The notes under the pieces were generated by a model. The model ran no database searches and was not told the origin of the DNA. It saw only the letters and a program-made list of their open reading frames with translations. A program made the translations under genes and the position numbers. 64,000 bases of DNA from an uncultured Chloroflexia bacterium (lineage in GTDB: Bacteria > Chloroflexota > Limnocylindria > Limnocylindrales > CSP1-4). The DNA lies in the NCBI GenBank assembly GCA_963749705.1, contig CAVVNQ010000002.1:1-64000 (forward strand), written 5' to 3'. Positions 58,297-64,000 of this stretch are shown here, piece after piece; the first letter of the stretch is position 1, and every line of letters starts with the position of its first letter.

Positions 58297-59121
58297 ATGG
58301 CCGCACTCGCCGCCCTCGAACGGCTGCTCGAGCGGATCTTCGAACGTTCCACCGCGCGGCTGTTCCGGACCCGCATCCAGGTCGTCCAGCTCGAGCGTCG
58401 CGTCGAGCGGGCGATGGAGCGTGCGCGCGTGGTCGAGGGCCGCCGGACCCGGGTGCCCAGCCGGTACCGCGTCCGGATGCACCCGACCGACATCGCCGGC
58501 ACCGCCGACGGGGTCGGCGGGGCAGATGCGCTGGCAGGCCGGCTCGCGGACGCCGCCCTGGCATTCGCCCGGTCGCACGGATATCACCTCGGGGACCGGC
58601 CGGTCGTGATGCTCATCGCCGATCCGACCATGGCCGCCGGCGAGATCGACGTGCTCGCGGCGGGCGATCCCGATACGGCTTCGGTCGACGACGGAGCCGC
58701 GCGACGGCATGGCGGCGAGGCGCCATCCAGTCCGAGCGAGGTCCCGGCGCCCAGCGTCGCTCCGCAGGGGATCCGCGGGCCGGGCCCGGACACCCAGGTG
58801 TTTCGCCGCCCGGCGCCGCCCGCCACCCGGGCGGTGCTGCGTGCCCAGATGGCCGATGGGGGTGAGCGGACGATCGAGGTCGATGGCACGCCGCTCGCGA
58901 TCGGGCGCGCCAGCGACAACGGGCTCGTGCTCGACGACGCCAGAGTGTCCCGGCACCACGGCCGCCTCCAGGCGCGCCGCGGAGCTCTCGTGTACACGGA
59001 CCTCGGCAGCACGAACGGCAGCCGGGTGAACGGCGTCCACGTCGACGAGATCGTGCTGGGTCAGGGTGACCGGCTCGAGATCGGCAACACCGTGCTCGTC
59101 GTCGAGACGCTGCCGGACTGA
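58297..59121 (+). CDS. fhaA: FhaA (DUF3662 + FHA)
   Basis: ERLLERIFE....LFR..IQ.V.L.RR...AME; FHA motifs IGR, VSRHH, DLGSTNG. Confidence 0.9.
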   Translation: MAALAALERLLERIFERSTARLFRTRIQVVQLERRVERAMERARVVEGRRTRVPSRYRVRMHPTDIAGTADGVGGADALAGRLADAALAFARSHGYHLGDRPVVMLIADPTMAAGEIDVLAAGDPDTASVDDGAARRHGGEAPSSPSEVPAPSVAPQGIRGPGPDTQVFRRPAPPATRAVLRAQMADGGERTIEVDGTPLAIGRASDNGLVLDDARVSRHHGRLQARRGALVYTDLGSTNGSRVNGVHVDEIVLGQGDRLEIGNTVLVVETLPD

Positions 59122-59123
59122 TC

Positions 59124-59558
59124 GTGGACGGCTTCGCGCTGACGCTGTGGATGGTCCGATTCCTGTTCCTGGCCCTGCTGTACCTGTTCCTGTTCGCGGT
59201 CGTGCGCGTGCTGTTGCGCGACCTGCGGGCAGCCTCGGCGGGCCGCGCCGAGCTGGGCCGCCTGTTCGTGCTCGCGTCGCCCGCCAACGAGCCACCCGCC
59301 GGGTCATCGTTCCCGCTGGACGCCATCACCTCGCTGGGTCGCGACGTCAACAACACGATCGTGGTGGATGATCCGTTCGTCTCGACCGAGCATGCCGTGC
59401 TCACGTTCCGCGGCCGCAGCTGGTACCTCGAGGACCTCGGCAGCACCAACGGCACGTTCGTCAACGGCGCGCCGGTGCAGGACGTGGCGCCGCTGGGCTT
59501 CGGTGACGAGGTCCAGATGGGCGGGGTGCGGCTGCGGCTCGACCGGAGCCGCGAGTGA
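59124..59558 (+). CDS. fhaB: FhaB/FipA (TM + FHA)
   Basis: RFLFLALLYLFL..V...L.RDL; LGR, VSTEHA, DLGSTNGT. Confidence 0.9.
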   Translation: MDGFALTLWMVRFLFLALLYLFLFAVVRVLLRDLRAASAGRAELGRLFVLASPANEPPAGSSFPLDAITSLGRDVNNTIVVDDPFVSTEHAVLTFRGRSWYLEDLGSTNGTFVNGAPVQDVAPLGFGDEVQMGGVRLRLDRSRE

Positions 59559-61021
59559 GCGTCGCCGCCCAGGTGCGCTCGATCGGGGCTGGGATCCGCA
59601 TCCGGCCACGGGTGCGACCGACGGAGCTCGGGCTGCTCGCGGTGGCCGCCGTCGCCCTCGTCGCCGGAGCCGCATCGCTGGGGGCGACCCAGCGGGTCGT
59701 GGCCGCGCAGGTCGCCGGAGCGACGCCCGCCGCGCCCGACCTCACGCCACCCGACCCGCGCGGGCTCGCCGTGTACCTGGTCGCGCTGCTGCTCGTCCAC
59801 GTGGCGTTCGTGCTCGCCGGCAGGCGGACGGACCAGGTGCTGCTGCCGACCGTCGGCCTGCTGGGCGGGATCGGGCTGCTGCTGATGCAGCGCCTCCCGC
59901 AGGGCCTGGTCGTGCAGCGGTTCGGTGATGCCGAGCTCGGCCTGGGACAGCTGCAGCTGGCGTGGCTGCTGATCGCCGTCGCGGTGGTCGCCGGGCTGGC
60001 GCTGGCGGTCCGCTCGGATGCCTGGCTCCGCCTGTACAAGTACACCTGGGCGGCGATCGGGATCGTGCTGCTGCTGCTCACGTTCGTGTTCGGCAGCGAT
60101 GTGAACGGCGCCCGCCTGACGCTGTCGATCGGACCCGTCTCGGGCCAGCCGTCGGAGCTGCTCAAGGTGATCCTGGTGGTGTTCCTGGCCGGGTACCTGT
60201 CGGAGAACCGGTCCCTCCTCGCCGAGGAGAGCACCCGGCTGGGGCCGCTGCGGCTGCCACCGATCCCGTATCTCGCCCCGATGGTGGCCATGTGGGCAAT
60301 CGCCCTGGGGATCGTCGTCGTCCAGCGTGACCTTGGCGCCGCGCTCCTGTTCTTCGCGGTGTTCCTGGCGCTGCTGTACGTCGCCACCGGCCGATCCGCG
60401 TATGTCGTCGGCGGCGTGATCCTGTTCGTGGCCGGGTCATGGGTCCTGTACAACCTGTTCGGGCACGTCCAGCAGCGCGTCGACAACTGGCTCGATCCAT
60501 GGCGAGACCCGCAGGGTGCCGGGTTCCAGACGGTCCAGGCCCTGTACGCCTTCGGCCGGGGCGGCCTGCTCGGTGTCGGCCTGGGGGCGGGCCTGCCAAC
60601 CATCGGCGGCCACCTGCCGGTTCCTGCGGTCCACACGGACTACCCGCTCGCCGCGCTTGGCGAGGAGCTCGGGCTGATCGGGCTGCTCGCGATCCTCGGC
60701 CTGTACCTGGTGCTCGTCGAGCGCGGGCTCAGGATCGCGGCCGCGGCCCACGACGACTTCCGGGCGATCCTGGCGGCCGGGCTGTCGCTCGTCATCGGCA
60801 CGCAGGCGTTCATCATCGCGGCCGGCAACCTCAAGCTGATCCCGCTCACGGGGATCACGCTCCCCCTGATCTCGTACGGCGGGTCGTCGCTGCTTGCGAA
60901 CGCGATCGTCATCGGCCTGCTGCTCGCGCTCTCTGACCGGGGCGCCGAGCCGCCACCACCGCCGCGACCGCGGTTCGGACGGTTCGCACGGGTTCGCCGA
61001 CGCGCGCGGGTCAGCGCATGA
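59555..61021 (+). CDS. rodA: SEDS peptidoglycan glycosyltransferase RodA
   Basis: QPSELLK, QRDLG, WLDPW, PAVHTDY, IPLTGITLP.ISYGGSS. Confidence 0.92.
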   Translation: MSVAAQVRSIGAGIRIRPRVRPTELGLLAVAAVALVAGAASLGATQRVVAAQVAGATPAAPDLTPPDPRGLAVYLVALLLVHVAFVLAGRRTDQVLLPTVGLLGGIGLLLMQRLPQGLVVQRFGDAELGLGQLQLAWLLIAVAVVAGLALAVRSDAWLRLYKYTWAAIGIVLLLLTFVFGSDVNGARLTLSIGPVSGQPSELLKVILVVFLAGYLSENRSLLAEESTRLGPLRLPPIPYLAPMVAMWAIALGIVVVQRDLGAALLFFAVFLALLYVATGRSAYVVGGVILFVAGSWVLYNLFGHVQQRVDNWLDPWRDPQGAGFQTVQALYAFGRGGLLGVGLGAGLPTIGGHLPVPAVHTDYPLAALGEELGLIGLLAILGLYLVLVERGLRIAAAAHDDFRAILAAGLSLVIGTQAFIIAAGNLKLIPLTGITLPLISYGGSSLLANAIVIGLLLALSDRGAEPPPPPRPRFGRFARVRRRARVSA

Positions 61022-62538
61022 GCACCGCCAACGGACGCCCGCCCGTGGGCCCCGCCCGGCCCATCGGTCCCAGCGTCGTCCGCGCCGGGATCGCGACCAT
61101 GCTGGCATTCGCGCTGCTGGCCGGAGGCGCCGGCTGGTGGCAGGTCGTGGACTCGCAGCGCCTCACGACGGCACCCGACAACCCGGCCGTGATCGCCGCC
61201 GCACGCCGGACGCTGCGGGGTCCGATCGTCGACCGCGACGGGCAGTGGCTGGCGCGCAGCAGCCGCGACGTCAACGGGGAGGCGCAGCGAACCTACCGCG
61301 ACGACACGATCAGCCAGGTGGTCGGGTACGCATCGCGGCAGTTCGGGACGACGGGCCTGGAGCGGACGTACAACCCCCAGCTGCTCGGCCTGACCGGCTC
61401 GGACCCGCTTGGCGGCCTGCTCGATAAGTTCGACACCACCCCGCACGAGCCGCTGGGGCTCAAGCTGTCGCTGGACCTGCGCCTGCAACGCGATGCGATC
61501 AAGGCGCTGGGTGGTGACCGTGGCGCGGTCGTGATGCTCGATCCGACGACGGGTGAGGTGCTCGCGCTCGCCTCCACCCCCACCTACGATGCGTCCGCGA
61601 TCGCCGACCCCGCGACGGCCGCGGCCACGTTCGCCAAGCTCAGCGCCGATTCGTCGCACCCGCTGCTCCCGCGAGCGACCCTGGGGAGGTACGTACCCGG
61701 GTCCGTGTTCAAGATCGTGACCGCGATCGCCGCGCTCGACAGCGGCGCGGTCACCCCCGGCACGACCTTCCCCGAGCAGCCCGGGGCGGAGAAGAGCGGG
61801 CTGCGGGTCAGCGGGTTCCTGATCCGCGACGGACACCATCCGCAGACCGACGGCAAGGCGCTCGACTTCGTGGACGCGACCGAGGTCAGCTGCAACATCT
61901 GGTATGCGCTGGCGGGGCTGGCCACGGGCGGCGATCGCCTGGTGAGCGAGGCCGGCTCGCTCGGGTTCGGCGCGCCCATCCCGTTCGACCTGCCGACCGC
62001 GATCAGCCGGGTCACCGGTGGCGGCGGCCCGGCCCCTGGCGGCTTCGCCGATGACGTGGAGCTTGCCTCCGCCGCCTTCGGCCAGGGCGAGACCTACGTC
62101 ACGCCGCTCCAGATGGCGCTGGTCGCGGCGACCGTCGCCAACGACGGGGTGCTGATGAAGCCACACCTGGTGACCGAGGTCACGGGCACCGGGCCGGGCG
62201 CAGGGACCGTCAGGCCCGAGACGTGGCGGCGCGTCCTGTCGGCCGCGGATGCCCGATCGATCCAGACCGCGATGGAGCAGGCGGTCGAGGGCAGCCTCGG
62301 GCGGCTGTTCACGTCCGGGGCCAGGGTCTCCGGCGTGCTGGTCGCCGGCAAGTCGGGCACGGCCGAGCTCGGGGGGACGGGGGAGCCGCACTCCTGGTTC
62401 ATCGGCTTTGCGCCGGTCGAGAACCCGAAGGTCGCGATCGCGGTGCTGGTCGAGCAGGGGGGCAGGGGCGGCGAGCGCGCCGCGCCGCTGGCCGGTTCGA
62501 TGCTCAAGCGCTATTTCGAGCTGTACGGCAAGCCCTGA
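61018..62538 (+). CDS. pbpA: Class B penicillin-binding protein PbpA
   Basis: RGPIVDRDG; SVFK, SCN and KSGT catalytic motifs. Confidence 0.92.
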   Translation: MSTANGRPPVGPARPIGPSVVRAGIATMLAFALLAGGAGWWQVVDSQRLTTAPDNPAVIAAARRTLRGPIVDRDGQWLARSSRDVNGEAQRTYRDDTISQVVGYASRQFGTTGLERTYNPQLLGLTGSDPLGGLLDKFDTTPHEPLGLKLSLDLRLQRDAIKALGGDRGAVVMLDPTTGEVLALASTPTYDASAIADPATAAATFAKLSADSSHPLLPRATLGRYVPGSVFKIVTAIAALDSGAVTPGTTFPEQPGAEKSGLRVSGFLIRDGHHPQTDGKALDFVDATEVSCNIWYALAGLATGGDRLVSEAGSLGFGAPIPFDLPTAISRVTGGGGPAPGGFADDVELASAAFGQGETYVTPLQMALVAATVANDGVLMKPHLVTEVTGTGPGAGTVRPETWRRVLSAADARSIQTAMEQAVEGSLGRLFTSGARVSGVLVAGKSGTAELGGTGEPHSWFIGFAPVENPKVAIAVLVEQGGRGGERAAPLAGSMLKRYFELYGKP

Positions 62539-62573
62539 GCTCACGCGCATTCCCGAGGCGGTAGGCTCACGCG

Positions 62574-62861
62574 GTGACCGATCCCGGTTCGTCCCGCCAC
62601 GACCCGCCCGGAGCGGAGGCTCCCCGCACGGCAGCCCCCGGCTCCGGCGCTCCCGCGCCTGCACCCGGTGAGCCGGACCGTCGCCCGCGCCCGCTCCTGG
62701 AGCGGATCGGCCTTGCCGCCGTCGCCCTCGTGCTGGCCGGCATGTTCGCGCTGGTCGCGGCCGCGTCGTTCGTCGGAGGCGAGCCCTTCCTGGGGGTGAT
62801 CGGCATCCTCGGGTGTCTGATGGTGCTGTGGGTCGGCGGCCTGAGCCTGGTCCGCGGCTGA
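62574..62861 (+). CDS. Small 2-TM membrane protein
   Basis: Pro-rich N-terminus and two TM; TAGGCT -10 lies 6 nt before GTG. Confidence 0.7.
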   Translation: MTDPGSSRHDPPGAEAPRTAAPGSGAPAPAPGEPDRRPRPLLERIGLAAVALVLAGMFALVAAASFVGGEPFLGVIGILGCLMVLWVGGLSLVRG

Positions 62862-63036
62862 GCGCCACCGATGCGCGGAGAACCGGATTCAGGGACGGGT
62901 CGTACACTGCGCAGAAGGCACGACGTCGCCAACCCCTCGGATCCCGTTGCGCGACGTCACGGAGGGCCGCGTCGGGCCGCACCGGGTTCGACCGACGAGA
63001 GGTGCTGCGAGGGCAGGCAACCATGACGGGAGACCG

Positions 63037-64000
63037 ATGAGCGACATCCAGCAGGTCGGCGACAGGGTGCTCGCGAACGTCGAGCGGGTCATCGTGGGCA
63101 AGCATCACGAAGTTCGGCTGGCGCTGGTCGCGCTGATGTGCCGCGGGCACCTCCTGATCGAGGACGTCCCGGGCACCGGCAAGACCGTCCTCGCCAAGGC
63201 CATCGCCCGCAGCCTGGGCTGCTCGTTCCGGCGGATCCAGTTCACGCCGGACCTGCTCCCCTCGGACGTGACGGGCCTGTCGATCTACAACCAGAAGACG
63301 CAGGAGTTCGAGTTCCGTCCGGGGCCGATCATGAGCCAGGTCGTGCTGGCCGACGAGATCAACCGCGCCACGCCAAAGACGCAGAGCTCCCTGCTGGAGT
63401 GCATGGAGGAGCGCCAGGCGACGATCGACGGCGTCACCCACCTGATGCCGGATCCATTCCTCGTCATCGCCACCCAGAACCCGATCGAGTACGAGGGAAC
63501 GTTCGCCCTGCCCGAAGCCCAGCTCGACCGGTTCATGCTCCGGATCCGGCTCGGCTACCCGCAGCTGCTGGACGAGATCGTGATCCTCGACGAGCAGAAG
63601 CGGACCCACCCGCTCGAGGCCCTGTCCGAGGTGTGCTCGGTCGACGAGCTGCGTGCGCTGCAGGACGGGGTCCGCGAGGTCTACGTCGACCCGGCGGTCA
63701 GCGACTACATCGTGCGCCTGGTGGCGTCCACCCGGACGCATCCGGACGTGTATCTGGGCGCCAGCCCGCGTGGGTCGATCGCCCTGTACCGCGCCGCGCA
63801 GGCGCTGGCCGGGCTCCTCGGTCGCGACTACGTCATCCCCGACGACGTCAAGGCCCTGGCCGAGCCGGCGCTCGCGCACCGCGTGATCATCAAGACGGCG
63901 TCGTCGATCCACGACATCAGCGCCGCGAACGTGGTCCGCGAGCTGCTCGAGGCCACGCCGATCGAGTCGCCCCGCCGATCCGGCGGTCCACGCGAGGTTC
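63037..64000 (+). CDS. moxR: MoxR-family AAA+ ATPase (3' partial)
   Basis: [61 protein letters not shown]. Confidence 0.95.
   Translation, partial: MSDIQQVGDRVLANVERVIVGKHHEVRLALVALMCRGHLLIEDVPGTGKTVLAKAIARSLGCSFRRIQFTPDLLPSDVTGLSIYNQKTQEFEFRPGPIMSQVVLADEINRATPKTQSSLLECMEERQATIDGVTHLMPDPFLVIATQNPIEYEGTFALPEAQLDRFMLRIRLGYPQLLDEIVILDEQKRTHPLEALSEVCSVDELRALQDGVREVYVDPAVSDYIVRLVASTRTHPDVYLGASPRGSIALYRAAQALAGLLGRDYVIPDDVKALAEPALAHRVIIKTASSIHDISAANVVRELLEATPIESPRRSGGPREV

Overview
High-GC bacterial chromosomal segment of mostly housekeeping genes, with no prophage, integrase, transposase or cas genes. The gene mix suggests a Chloroflexota of the Limnocylindria/Ellin6529 type (inference only). In order it contains: the end of an XdhC-YHS/coxG locus; an ABC-2 exporter operon with rsgA, tandem GNAT and YbhB behind a long structured leader; class II FBA; hisN; potABCD-gabT; apbC-crp; cinA; an arylsulfotransferase; tRNA-Leu(TAG); tig-clpP-clpX; an XRE-HTH/PD-(D/E)XK-like gene; an actinobacterial-type qcrCAB-ctaCDF operon lacking ctaE; T-box-valS; a LacI/alpha-glucoside ABC/amylosucrase locus; a zinc-ribbon/FmdB/BldC-like cluster; fhaA-fhaB-rodA-pbpA; and a partial moxR. 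The best leads are the uORF/alternative-hairpin leader of the ABC-2 operon, a BldC-like protein ending in a QxxLF clamp-type motif, the HTH-nuclease gene with flanking palindromes, intergenic repeat arrays (19 and 50-51 nt periods), the ctaE-less respiratory operon, and probable CTG and leaderless starts. Two apparent single-base homopolymer deletions suggest assembly errors. All calls come from motif recognition by eye; no searches were run.
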